Positions 25,152 through 38,738 of a DNA stretch of 64,000 nt are shown here, piece after piece. The notes below the pieces were generated by a model that made no database searches, was not told the DNA's origin, and worked only from the letters and a program-made list of their open reading frames with translations. This stretch comes from Octopus sinensis (Eukaryota), in contig NC_043001.1 in NCBI RefSeq assembly GCF_006345805.1, positions 31,992,001-32,056,000 of the forward strand. The letters are read 5' to 3'. Within the stretch, counting starts at the first letter, position 1. The number at the start of each line of letters is the position of its first letter. The position numbers and the translations under genes are program-made.

Positions 25152-25265
25152 TATAAAGGATTGAGGTAACTTCTCCAGAAGATATAGAGTCAAAATTAAA
25201 AGAGTGACATTGCTATCTAGTGAACGATATTTCGATATCTTGTGTGTCTTCAACTGGTTCAAAAA
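24985..25265. repeat. Direct duplication of a ~120-bp unit embedded in (AAT)n
   Basis: TATAAAGGATTGAGGTAAC...CAACTGGTTCA occurs twice. Confidence 0.9.
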
Positions 25266-25319
<54 letters not shown>

Positions 25320-27511
25320 TCTCTTCTAGTATTTACGTCATTAATGTCATTCACAATGACAGGATTGCCAAAAAGACTAGTATCATAATTATTGCATAAC
25401 CGAGGAAATATTGTGTATATTTAAAAAGTGTAATTGTTTTTATCCCTATCTTTTTTATTTTTGTTGTTTCTATTGCTTTTTATAGTGTTGTTTTTAAGCT
25501 GAGGTTTTGTTTCGTCTTTCGAGAAATTACAGCAAAATTGCTGGTAAGATTAGAATGAGTGTCGTTTCTGTTATAGATTTAGACTTTAGATAAAAAAAAG
25601 AATTTTGTGGCCAATATTATTATAATAATGATCACGTACCGATGTCTTTGTATAAAACAACAAATCCCATAATATTATTCAAAATTATTTACAAATGCTG
25701 AAAAAATGCCAGAAACAATAGAATTCTGAAAGTACATATAATTATAAGAAGTAAAAGACAACTAGAATGATTAAAGAGAATATTAACAGATGCTAAATTA
25801 TATTCAGCTGCAATAGAACCATCGGTCAGAAAGTATGAGCGACTCAGCTAGGAAATTTGTTGTTATTTGTTTAATAGATCAGCATTTCAGTTTAAACAAG
25901 AACTATCGTCAAAATATAAAATGATTTTTCCTGTCCATTTGGAAACCTAATGTACATAATAATTTGTTCAGTATGTTAAGAGAATTATATAGGACAAACG
26001 GGCGTGTTTTTAAGAAAACGAATAATTCTGCATACAGAGTAAATTCGATTTCCAGGATACAGGAAAATATTTCGCAGTAAAAATATAGCAATAAGCAGTA
26101 GGAATGATAAATCAAATTTAATTTTTTTATTCATATTAATGTTGTAACAACAGATACATAAAGAGTTCATATTCCTTGAAAAATATCAACAGCATTTAAA
26201 TAATCACATTTAATTAATCTATATTTATATTTATTATCAGTATTGATCGAGAAATTTGAAATTTTTCAAATTACCTTCATTGTGATTGTTAATATTCACT
26301 TATTATCTAATCTATTACTGTCAACATCTACATATAAACGTATGTAGTTGTAACCTCATCGACAATAGCAGCTAAGAAATAATGAACTTATTACATCATT
26401 AATTACAAAGACGTGAAAACCATAAAAAAGTTAAAACCGGTTGAGTGTATAAACATTCCACGTCGTTCATAAAGCTTTACCATTACAATTTCAATGCATT
26501 TCAATCTCTACATATGCAGTACATGCATGCGAACACACTATATATTAATACAAACGTACATATATACATACATGCATACTTACATACACACATGCACGAA
26601 CTCGCACGTAACTAAATAGCTATACACACACAGATAGAGTAAGAGAGAGAAATAGACAGAGAGAGATAACAAGAGGGACAGATAGATAGAAGGATAGCTA
26701 GATAATGTATATCATTAACATAATGATTTCAGAAAACTGCCTGGGGTGTTTATGTTACGGTTATTAGTGCCAATGGCTAACGATAAATGCATGGTACCAT
26801 GTAAATGATACTGATAACGAAGCTGCCGGGTCAATTTTGGAAGTAGCACTATTAAAGACTAAAGCACGTGTTGAAGATTAATAAACTTAAACAGTAGTCA
26901 CTTCAACACTGATTAAAAGATTTCTTTCCTTGCATGTACAACAAAAATAATATCTAGATCAATCAATTTTAGAAAGCAAATTCCTTTCGATAAAACGAAA
27001 TCTGATATTGGATAGAGTCTTGTGACAGTTATTTAGGAGAGTAGTTCGAAATTTTTACATTAAAGAACTTAGGGAAGTTAGTTATCTTTTAAAGATGTAA
27101 TAGAAGATATCGAAAAAGTATGAATTAAAAGTCTTTTCTTTCGTTAGTCTCTAGAATTTCGTAATATGAAAGCAGTGTTTGCATCAGAGGAAGATGTAAT
27201 GAGTGTCAGAATTGCAAGTATAGACCCGTTCACTTTACTATTATAGTTTATTGTTAAGGAGCATCATACGTACGCAACGTAAAGTTCTCCTCGGCTCAGT
27301 TGCATCTGTAATCTACAGATGCGCTAAATTAGCCAAGATCTCCTTATGTTCCTTGTGCTCTGAGTTCAAATCCTGCCGATGTCGACTTTGTACTAGTTAA
27401 GTATAGCAGACAATGTAATCTAATGACTTCTCCCCCAAATTGCCGGCCTTGTGCTTCAGTTAGAAAATAACGACGGTGGTAGCTTGACAGAATCGTTAGA
27501 AAATCGTATAA

Positions 27512-28112
27512 GGCGGTGAGCTGGCAGAAACGTTAGCACGCCGGGCGAAGTGCTTAGCGGTATTTTGTCTGCCGCTACGTTCTGAGTTCAAATTCCGCCG
27601 AGGTCGACTTTGCCTTTCATCCTTTCGATGTCGATAAATTAAGTACCAGTTACACACTGGGGTCGATGTAATCGACTTAATCCGTTTTTCTGTCCTTGTT
27701 TGTCCTTTCTGTGTTTAGCCCATTGTGAGTAGTAAAGAAATAGGTATTTTGTCTGACGTTACGTTCTGAGTTCAAATTCCGCCTAGGTCGACTTTGCCTT
27801 TCATCCTTTCGGGGTCGATAAATTAAGTACCAGTTACACACTGGGGTCGATGTAATCGACTTAATCCGTTTTTCTGTCCTTGTTTGTTCTCTCTGTGTTT
27901 AGCCCCTTGTGGGTAGTAAAGAAATAGGTATTTCGTCTGCCACTACGTTCTTAGTTCAAATTCCGCCGAGGTCGACTTTGCCTTTCATCCTTTCGGGATC
28001 GATAAATTAAGTACCAGTTACACACTGGAGTCGATGTAATCGACTTAATCCGTTTCTCTGTCCTTGTTTGTCCCCCCTGTGTTTAGCCCCTTGTGGGCAA
28101 TAAAGAAATAAG
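27512..28112 (+). mobile_element. SINE family A trimer (one head, three ~184-bp bodies)
   Basis: Units are joined at GTAAAGAAATAG|GTATTT; GAATCGTTAGA occurs on both sides. Confidence 0.9.
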
Positions 28113-28572
28113 AATCGTTAGAGCCGCGATCAAAATGCCATATTATATTTGTTCAGCCTCTTCCTGGTTTGCTTTCAAATCTCGATGAAATCAACTTTGC
28201 CTTTCATTGATTTGGTATCGATAATTAAGGTACTAGACAAGCACGGGGATCGTTTAATTGACCAAGTTTCACCCCTAAATCTTCTTATCTTTTGATATTT
28301 TAAAAACGATTATCATTATGATTGTTATTAACATAAGAATTACACTTTGTATGTTACTCGTATTCGAAGTATTTTCCATCTCACATCCATGTTGCTGCTG
28401 TTATTTAGCACTTCAGCCGTAAATAATCAAAGCATTCTAAAATGTATGTACGACTATTATTTAATGTAGCCTTTCATTAAGAGGTCATGAAGTGATTTCA
28501 GGGAGATATGGTCACTACTTCTAGCTTGTCGGTCAACCATTTAGCGTCTCGCTCAATGGCATTCGTGTAAAT

Positions 28573-28955
28573 CGTGGCGCTCCGTCGGTTACGACGACGA
28601 GGGTACCAGTTGATCCGATCAACGCAACAGCCCGCTCGTGAAATTAACGTGCAAGGGGCTGAGCACTCCACAGACGCGTGTACTCTTAACGTAGTTCTAG
28701 GGGAGATTCAGCGTGACATAGCGTGTGACAAGGCTGACCCTTTGAAATACAGGTACAACAGAAATAGGAAGAAATAGTGAGAGAAAGTTGTGGTGAAAGA
28801 GTACAGCAGGGTTCGCCACCACCCCTTGCCGGAGTCACGTGGAGCTTTGGATGTTTTCGTTCAATAAACACTCACAACGCCCGGTCTGGGAATCGAAACC
28901 GCGATCCTACGACCGCGAGTCCACTGCCCGAACCACTGGGCCATTGCGCCTCCAC
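28573..28955 (-). mobile_element. SINE family B, full length with a 12-bp TSD
   Basis: ATTCGTGTAAAT at 28561-28572 and 28957-28968. Confidence 0.95.
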
Positions 28956-29169
28956 TATTCGTGTAAATAGATGTTAGTAGTTAAGGGTTTTGTGTTTTGT
29001 TACCGATACTTTTCGTATTTGTGAGCAAGTCGCATCCCAGTTTTTCAGATAAAATTATGTATAAAATATTGCGGTTGGCACAAGAATAAACGCGTTAATT
29101 TCTAGAGTGACACATGTTCTTGCATTCATAGCGAAGATAAAATGAATCTATGCAACGTCTATGTCTTTT

Positions 29170-29505
29170 CCTACAGAATTATTAACCAAATTGAAAGCGA
29201 AAACGGGCGCAACTGGGAATTGAGTCTTGATCTTCGCTCTCAGTTCACTCGTAATTTTGCATTTTTACTTGACGTAGAATCTCTGAAATAACGTTTCTCT
29301 ACAGAGTACGAAACTGAGAGATGAAGAACTCTCTCCAGATGAATCTGCTACTTCTCCGCCTTGAGAAGCCACAGTGGCAGTACTGCGAACATGTGATCAG
29401 AATGTCACAAGAATGGATTGCAAAACGGATTGTTCAAACCGAGCGAACCGGCAAGAGATATAGATGTAGGCCAACAACAACATGATTGGAAAATATTCCA
29501 TAGTC
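29170..29505 (+). mobile_element. Degenerate RTE-like LINE 3' fragment
   Basis: LLLRLEKPQWQYCEHVIRMSQEWIAKRI...TGKRYRCRP (cf. LRWxGHVxRM...GKRPRGRP). Confidence 0.6.
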
Positions 29506-29509
29506 TCAA

Positions 29510-29720
29510 GGCGGTGAGCTGGCAGAATCGTTAGCACGCCGAACAAAATGCTTAGCGACATTTCGTCCGTCTTTACCTTCTAAGTTGAAATTCTACCAAG
29601 GTTGACTTTACCTTCCATCCTTTCGAGGTCGATAAAATAAGTACCAGTTAGATACTGGGGTCGATGTAATCGACTTACTCCCTCCCTGAAATTACTGGCT
29701 TTGCGCCAAAATTTGAAAAC
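29510..29720 (+). mobile_element. SINE family A
   Basis: GGCGGTGAGCTGGCAGAATCGTTAGC head plus core. Confidence 0.85.
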
Positions 29721-29909
29721 AGTATTCCATAATTTTAGTTGGTCACACTCAGGAATCCACCAAAAAAAGCGTAATGGCAGTTGCCTCTTTTAGGAGACCC
29801 TATGGAAAAGGTATCTGAGCTCCCTACTCCCACGACCACCTCCAGAATAGTGAACGGAAAATGAATGGATGGATGTCTATATTGGTTAAAGTTCTAAAAA
29901 GTACAGTTA

Positions 29910-30295
29910 GGCGTAGGAGTGAGTGGCTGTGTGGTAAGTAGCTTGCTTACCAACCACATGATTTCGGGTTCAGTTCCACCTTGGACAAGTGTATTCTACT
30001 ATAGCCTCGGGCCGACCAAAGCCTTGCGAGGGGATTTGGTAGACGGAAACTGAAAGAGGCCCGTCGTATATATGTATATGTATATATATATATGTGTGTG
30101 TTTGTGTGTCTGTGTTTGTCCCCCCCCCCAACATCGCTTGACAACTGATGGTGGTGTGTTTACGTCCCCGTAACTTAACGGTTCGGCAAATGATGCCGAT
30201 AGAATAAGTACTAGGCTTACAAAGAATAAGTCCTGGGATCGATTTGCTCCAGCATGGCCGCAGTCATTTGACTGAAGCAAGTAAAAAAAAAAAAG
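29910..30295 (+). mobile_element. SINE family C, full length
   Basis: From GGCGTAGGAG head to CAGTCATTTGACTGAAGCAAGTAAAA tail. Confidence 0.9.
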
Positions 30296-32041
30296 AAAGC
30301 AAAAGAAAGAAAGAATGGATTTTGTCATGGCTTTTCTAAAAATTCCACGACTGGCAGTTATAAAGATGTTCGATGAATCTTCGGACGGTTTCAACGACAA
30401 CTGTTCCAGTTGTTCGATCAACAGAACAACCTGGAATTTGAAGTTTGAACTATAATGTAAGTGGATGAGTGTTCCGCAGACACTAGTATCCTTAATGAAA
30501 TACTCAGGAAGATTCAAAATATTTCCGGTTGTCCCTTTGAATTGCACGTATCATTCATCCAACGAGTTCCTATGAATTTTCCATCTAACCAATTACACTT
30601 AGGCCAGTGAAATTGTGTAGAAGGAATACGTACAAAGCTTATGTTAAAATAGGCTTCACTAAGCTGCCACGCAGTGGAATCAAACCGTACATCTCATGCT
30701 TGCGTGAGGAAATTTTTAAACCCGCAGACATTTTCACTTCAGCTTCTAAATAAGTGAGCTTTATTCTGTCTCCCTGCAATATGAAGATTTGTCATGGACA
30801 ACTACCTGAAAATTCCCTATTTCCGTGTTAAAATCTCCTTGGCATAAACAGCTTCAGAATCTACCTACCTAAATCTCTTTTCCCCCATCCGTCTGTCTAT
30901 CTGTCTCTCTCTCAAACTGTCTGTATCATTCTGTTTTCATGTGTTTATTATTGTATTATTTTCACTATAACTCCTCGTCTTTACACACGCATTGCAATTG
31001 CGCTCGGCATCCTATCATATTTTTAATGTTACGCCTATTAGAAATTGTCAGCTGTAGTTACATTCCGGTGTAATAATTCTCCAATATTTGCTACCCATTA
31101 TATCATACTTATTTGTCTTCTACCCAAGGTTTTCAGGACATATAAATACATATATCACATTAGAGAGCGGGTGAAGGATATCATAAAATACGAATATCAC
31201 ATCAGGTAACGGGTGAAAAACATATTTCGTCATAAAACGACAATTTATTACAGTTGTTCTTTCTTCTTTAGGTTATAGGAGTTTATACAGGAGATTGTCG
31301 AATACGGGAACGAATTGCAGCTAGTAACATTGGATTCTAATATATTTCATATTAACAGTTGTTGTGCAATTTCATGTTAGCAGACATATTATCAAAGGTA
31401 TTCCAGCTATGGCCATCACTTTTTTCTTATTTTGCAGATAGTAAATTTAAGACTACATTATCCGATTTGTCTTCCAATTTTTAAGATTCTAAGGTGTTGG
31501 AAATTTGATAGCTGATTACAGCATATCAGACAACCACATAGAGCTGCCTTCATTAGTTCGTGAAATTGTAAGTGAATTGGCTTCTATTTTTATCACTTTG
31601 AGGGATAATGCAGAGGTTCCCTCGCTACCTTATCAATACTTTTCTTCTTATTCTAGCTAGCTATTTGTAACGAAGAACTTGCCTTTTTTTAAAGTATTTG
31701 CTTATTAATCTTAATTCTTGTAATAATCACGGTTATGCCTAACTTAGCAGATGCCAAATCCTTATATTTATGATCCTTTCTTCATTGGTAGGATCGAATC
31801 TTGGATATTCTCTGGTGAGCAATATCTTCTATTTCACATTTCTAATGTTGAAACATCTTAATATTTTCTTGTACGTTGCTTTCAATTCAATTATGTTATT
31901 CCACAACGTTGCGAACGCCATGAATTCATACAAATAAAACGCTGTTACCCAGAATCTATCATGTGGTTGGTGTCGTTGTTTTTGTAGACCTAGGGTTAAA
32001 ATGGCTCCAGTCGTGACAATCTAGTCTTCTAGAACTATACT

Positions 32042-32241
32042 CTTTACTCTTTTACTTGTTTCAGTCATTTGACTGCGGCCATGCTGGAGCACCACCTTTA
32101 GTCGAGCAAATCGACCCCAGGACTTATTCTTTGTAAGCCTAGTACTTATTCTATGGGTCTCTTTTGCCGAACCGCTAAGTTACGGGGACACAAACACACC
32201 AGCATCGGTTGTCAAGCGATGTTGGGGGACAAACACATACA

Positions 32242-32305
<64 letters not shown>

Positions 32306-32432
32306 CGACGGGCTTCTTTTAGTTTCCGTTTACTAAATCCACTCAAAAGGCTTTGGTCGACCCGAAGCTATAGTAGAAGATACTTGCCCAAGGTGCCACG
32401 CAGTGGGACTGAACCCGGAACCATGTGGTTGG
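32042..32432 (-). mobile_element. SINE family C, head truncated
   Basis: Matches the other family C copies. Confidence 0.9.
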
Positions 32433-32945
32433 TACCTCCTTTACATTTTCAAAACAGTTGAAAACGAATTTGACTTGATGATATACACACACTCAATCAC
32501 ATGCACGAATGCACGCGCACACCCCCTCACACACACACGTATACATACGCACACACATTCACACACAATGTTACTTTAAGCATTAGCATTAGTGGTTTAT
32601 ATTATATATCGCTCACCAAGCTTTCCCACTTCGGAATATTGACGAGTGTTCATTGCACGACCGTTGCTGATCAACGTAACCAGTGGAACGACATAACTTG
32701 TATTTCATAAAAAGCTAATGAGGTGTATAAGGGATGGTGACCTGGGAACGATTCTAGTCTTAATGAAAACAATCATCTTAAGGGGAACTTCCACATTTAA
32801 GATATGGACAATTTATAAGTACTCTTGATTTGTGTTAGGGTAACACGGGTTGTGCAAGCAGTGCAATCAGAATCACCCCATTTATTTTTTTTTCCATTTT
32901 GGAGAGTTTCCCTCTTTCATATTTTGGTCTTCTATATTGTTCTTC

Positions 32946-33358
32946 TATCTCTTTTACTCTTTTACTTGTTTCAGTCATTTGACTGCGGCCATGCTGGAGC
33001 ACCGCCTTTAGTCGAGCAAATCGACCCGGGACTTATTCTTTGTAAGCCCAGTACTTATTCTATCGGTCTCTTTTGCCGAACCGCTAAGTGACGGGGACGT
33101 AAACACACCAGCATCGGCTGTCAAGCAATGCTAGAGGGACAAAGACAGACACACAAACATATACATACGCACACATACATATACATACATATATATGACA
33201 GGCTTCTTTCAGTTTCCGTCTACCAAATCCACTCACAAGGCATTGGTCGGCTCGAAGCTATAGCAGAAGACACTTGCCCAATGTGCCACGCAGTGGGACT
33301 GAACCCAGAACCATGTGGTTGGTAGGCAAGCTACTTACCACACAGTCACTCCTGCGCC
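32946..33358 (-). mobile_element. SINE family C, full length
   Basis: Matches the other family C copies. Confidence 0.9.
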
Positions 33359-34724
33359 TATGTCGTTATTGTTTATATATTAATGTGTCGTTATTCTTAT
33401 TTTTGTTCAATATAACCACTATTGTTTCTCATTTATTGTTTTTGCGCTGTCCTCAACGTTGTGGTCACCTTTGATCTATAGAATCAACCAATCAATCAAT
33501 CAACCATCATCCTCATCACCATCGCCGTCATCGTCATTATCATAGTTATCCTCGTTATCAGTGCCACGGTCGTCGTCGTTGTCATCACCAGCGTCGTGGT
33601 TGGAGTCAGTAGTCGTCGTAGCTGTTTTTTTGTTGTTTCTTGTTTGGTAAAACGTGCTCACGCATCTCTCCTATTTGGATGTATATATATTGTTCATCTT
33701 TCTAACAATTGAACGATTATATCTGCGTTGGGAAATGCGTACTTAGGGCACAGAAAGCGGGGGAAAAATTTGCTTTTGTATTTTCTTTGTGATAAAAGAC
33801 AATTTTTAACACATTTATTTAGTGACAAGAGATGGTGGCAATGCCTCCTCAAAGAAAAACTTGAATGGACACAACAACCCATAAAACGAAACAAAAAAAA
33901 AATACACAGGAATATTTTTGTAAATGTGCACCTTCACTTTGCAAGAAGATGACAGTTATATTTCTGTAGATATTAACTCTAGTGATTAAGCCTATCGATG
34001 GTTTTGAGAGAACTATAAATACTTTTATACTACGCATATTTTGTCGTGCTAGACTATTAGTAGCAGTTTTACTGACATTGCTGCAGAATACAGAAGCTAT
34101 TTTTATTAATCAAAAGAAACCAATCGTAACTGAAAGCATGGCAGTAGTACGTAACAGAAGCAAGTACCTTGTTACTTGAAAAATTTATCTTAGAAGCGGG
34201 ACGAGAAGCGTGACATATATCTGTCCCGTGAAAAGCTGTTGAGCCTTCAGTTTGTTCTCAAGGAGCAACAGAAGCACTGGCCAATGTGTGAGACAGTGTG
34301 ATCATCATCGATGGAGCAAGGCTTGCAGAAGTGCCTGCATATTCTTCAGAACCGTGAGACGACATGAAGCCCAGAAATAGTGAGACGCACAACCCATTTG
34401 TACAAAATTATATTTGCACAGGCAAAGTCAATCTCATCATCTGTGTTTGAATTCAACGTAAAGACAGACGGAATGCCGATAAGCATTTTGTCCGAAGTAC
34501 TAACGATTATTATTATTATTATTATTAAGTCGTGAAAGATTTACACTAGAAGAGTTGTCAAGAATGGAGATTTGAAACTGGAGGTACATGGTATTACCAC
34601 TAGGTCGAAAGAGTGCTGAATTCGGAGAAATACAAAATTCTGTGGGATTTCTCTATTCAAAGGATTAGAAGCTAGAAATTAATATTCCAGAAAAGCGAAG
34701 TCAAATATGGTTGTGATCCATGGC

Positions 34725-35291
<567 letters not shown>

Positions 35292-35499
35292 TATTATTAT
35301 TATTATAGCTGCTGTTGTTATTGTTTATTTTTACTGAGCGGAAGCAAAATGCATTTACAACAATTCATACGTCTGTAGAATTCTACAAGGTTAACTTTGT
35401 TTTACAACCTATTGGAGTTGATTAACAAGAAAAGTATCAGTTAATACAACTCTGGTAAGATATAATTAACCATTATTCACCATTACCACTACCAAATAA

Positions 35500-36212
35500 T
35501 TAAGTAAATAAATGGATGAATAAAATAAAATACACTATGTCGCCTTCTGCCAATGATAGAACTGCTACTGTTACTGATCAGGATCATGGTGATGATGACA
35601 ACGACAACAACGATGATGATGATGATGACGATAACAACGATGATGATGATGATGATGACTAGGGAGGAGGGGAGGAGGATCGTTACCGCCACTTCTGCTG
35701 ATGGTGAAGATATACAATGGATGTGACAACGATGAAGACGACGACCACAATGAAGATGATCGCTGCTTCTGCTGCTGATGATGATGATGGTGAGGACAAC
35801 GACGACGATGACGACGACGAAAATGACGATCATGCTGCTGTTGCTGCTGCTACAGCCACCCCTGATGCTGACGAAGGTGACGGTGATAATTTTCATCGTC
35901 ATCGTCATCATCACCACCACCAGCACCAGCACCACCACCACCACCACCACCATCATCATCATCACCACCACCACCATCGTCACCACCACCACAATTATCG
36001 TCATCACCACCACCACCAGCACCTCCACCACCACCATCATCATCACCGCCACCACCACAATCATCGTCATCACCACCACCACCATCATCGTCATCACCAC
36101 CACCACCATCATCATCATCATCACCACCACCACAATCATCGTCATCACCACCACCACCACCACAATCATCGTCACCATCACCACCACAATCATCGTCACC
36201 ACCACCACCACC

Positions 36213-36243
<31 letters not shown>

Positions 36244-36272
36244 CCACCACCACCACAATCATCGTCTTCACC

Positions 36273-36303
<31 letters not shown>

Positions 36304-36306
36304 CCA
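35500..36306. repeat. Compound trinucleotide field: (GAT/GAC)-rich, then (CAT/CAC)-rich
   Basis: Direct reading. Confidence 0.9.
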
Positions 36307-36613
36307 TAAACAGTCATTCTATGCTACGTTTCAAAATCCCTCAGTTACCAAAATATATCAAATATTTATATAACTTTGTTATCTGTTTTCTTCATCATAT
36401 TCTTCTTTCCGAGTCTTTTCTTTTTATTTCTTTCTATGACACATATACCTTACCTATATCCAGTTTGGGCAATGCTGACCTCACAATTATTAGTCAAAAT
36501 GTTCTTTTATTAGTTAAAATAATTATAATTTTTATCAGATGAAATCATCATTGTGCTACATTTCCTTCTTATAAGAGCCAGAAGGCATATTTTTGTATCA
36601 GATGATATTAGAC

Positions 36614-36664
<51 letters not shown>

Positions 36665-36909
36665 TATTTATATATATATACATACTTATATGTATATATA
36701 TATATATATATGTTTATTTATATATATACATACTTATATGTATATATATATATGTTTATTTATATATAACTCACCCATGTGCTTCGTTATATATATAAAC
36801 TAATATATATAAACTAATATATATAAACTCACCCATGTGCTTCGTTGATGTTGATCAGTTAGCTGTTCGGCTTAAGCGAGGCAGGGTCGTTGTTTATTAT
36901 AATACATTC

Positions 36910-36957
36910 AGGCCTGCTGATGATTACGTAAGTATGAAATCACTGTGATACAGGCCT
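36910..36957 (+). ncRNA. Type I hammerhead ribozyme, copy 1
   Basis: AGGCCTG CTGATGA T-TAC-GTAA-GTA-T GAAA TCAC-T-GTGA TA^ CAGGCCT; predicted cut after 36950. Confidence 0.85.
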
Positions 36958-37391
36958 ATATATTTTTAAATGTCTTACTTTGAAAAATTGCATTCGGTGG
37001 GATTAGTAATATTTTTGGTAGAAATGACTGATTGTCCCTCTTAGCGTTTGGCAGGTATATATAATGCCTCCTGGCATGTATGTATAATTATGCCCTCTAT
37101 ATATAAATTAATATGTTCAATAAGAAATAATTATTTTCGAAATTTTTTCTCTTATGAGTTTTTACGCTATCTACCTGACAATTTCTTGTTAAGTTTTCCT
37201 TATTAAGTAGTTGTCCTTAATTGCAAAATTTTTATTCCGAAAAACTTTTCCTCTCCCGAAATGCAATTTTGTAAAAGTTTGCCATTCACCCGGATGTAAT
37301 ATATATAAACTCACCCATGTGCTTCGTTGATGTGATCAGTTAGCTGTTCGGCTTAAGCGAGGCAGGGTCGCTGTTTATTTATAATACATTC

Positions 37392-37439
37392 AGGCCTGCT
37401 GATGATTACGTAAGTATGAAATCACTGTGATACAGGCCT
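37392..37439 (+). ncRNA. Type I hammerhead ribozyme, copy 2
   Basis: Identical to copy 1; predicted cut after 37432. Confidence 0.85.
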
Positions 37440-37873
37440 ATATATGTTTAAACGTCTTACTTTGAAAAATTGCATTCGGTGGAGATTAGTAATATTTTTG
37501 GTAGAAATGACTGATTGTCCCTCTTAGCGTTTGGCAGGTATATATAATGCCTCCTGGCATGTATGTATAATTATGCCCTCTATATATAAATTAATATGTT
37601 CAATAAGAAATAATTATTTTCGAAATTTTTTCTCTTATGAGGTTTTTACGCTATCTACCTGACAATTTCTTGTTAAGTTTTCCTTATTAAGTAGTTGTCC
37701 TTATTGCAAAATTTTTTTCCGAAAAACTTTTCCTCTCCCGAAATGCAATTTTGTAAAAGTTTGCCATTCACCCGGATGTAATATATATAACTCACCCATG
37801 TGCTTCGTTGATGTTGATCAGTTAGCTGTTCGGCTTAAGCGAGGCAGGGTCGCTGTTTATTTATAATACATTC

Positions 37874-37920
37874 AGGCCTGCTGATGATTACGTAAGTATG
37901 AAATCACTGTGATACAGCCT
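37874..37920 (+). ncRNA. Type I hammerhead ribozyme, copy 3
   Basis: Core identical; one G is missing from the 3' strand of stem I; predicted cut after 37914. Confidence 0.8.
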
Positions 37921-38353
37921 ATATATGTTTAAACGTCTTACTTTGAAAAATTGCATTCGGTGGGATTAGTAATATTTTTGGTAGAAATGACTGATTGTCC
38001 CTCTTAGCGTTTGGCAGGTATATATAATGCCTCCTGGCATGTATGTATAATTATGCCCTCTATATATAAATTAATATGTTCAATAAGAAATAATTATTTT
38101 CGAAATTTTTTCTCTTATGAGGTTTTTACGCTATCTACCTGACATTTCTTGTTAAGTTTTCCTTATTAAGTAGTTGTCCTTAATTGCAAAATTTTATTCC
38201 GAAAAACTTTTCCTCTCCCGAAATGCAATTTTGTAAAAGTTTGCCATTCACCCGGATGTAATATATATAAACTCACCCATGTGCTTCGTTGATGTGATCA
38301 GTTAGCTGTTCGGCTTAAGCGAGGCAGGGTCGCTGTTTATTTATAATACATTC

Positions 38354-38401
38354 AGGCCTGCTGATGATTACGTAAGTATGAAATCACTGTGATACAGGCC
38401 T
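38354..38401 (+). ncRNA. Type I hammerhead ribozyme, copy 4
   Basis: Identical to copy 1; predicted cut after 38394. Confidence 0.85.
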
Positions 38402-38738
38402 ATATATGTTTAAACGTCTTACTTTGAAAAATTGCATTCGGTGGGATTAGTAATATTTTTGGTAGAAATGACTGATTGTCCCTCTTAGCGTTGGCAGGTA
38501 TATATAATGCCTCCTGGCATGTATGTATAATTATGCCCTCTATATATAAATTAATATGTTCAATAAGAAATAATATTTTCGAAATTTTTTCTCTTATGAG
38601 GTTTTTACGCTATCTACCTGACAATTTCTTGTTAAGTTTTCCTTATTAAGTAGTTGTCCTTAATTGCAAAATGTTTATTTATATATATACATACTTATAT
38701 GTATATATATATATATATATGTTTATTTATATATATAC

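Larger units (their letters stand above)
36825..38672 (+). mobile_element. Tandem array (~3.8 x 482 bp) of hammerhead-containing units; putative non-LTR retrozyme
   Basis: Units start at 36825, 37307, ~37789 and 38269; they are near-identical, non-coding and carry one hammerhead each. Confidence 0.8.

Noticed and set aside
25486-25543. 58-nt plus-strand segment with a good acceptor and donor
   Set aside because: It is isolated, with no partner exon or recognisable product.
29175-29250. Apparent exon RIINQIESENGRNWELS
   Set aside because: It lies within a decayed RTE-like LINE.
30300-30547. Unique-looking ORF segment on the minus strand
   Set aside because: The ORF length comes from read-through into SINE-C; there is no donor and no recognisable domain.
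35717-36373. 218-aa His-rich ORF and overlapping Gly/Asp- and Val/Met-rich ORFs
   Set aside because: Several frames on both strands are open over a trinucleotide field, with no splice or codon evidence.
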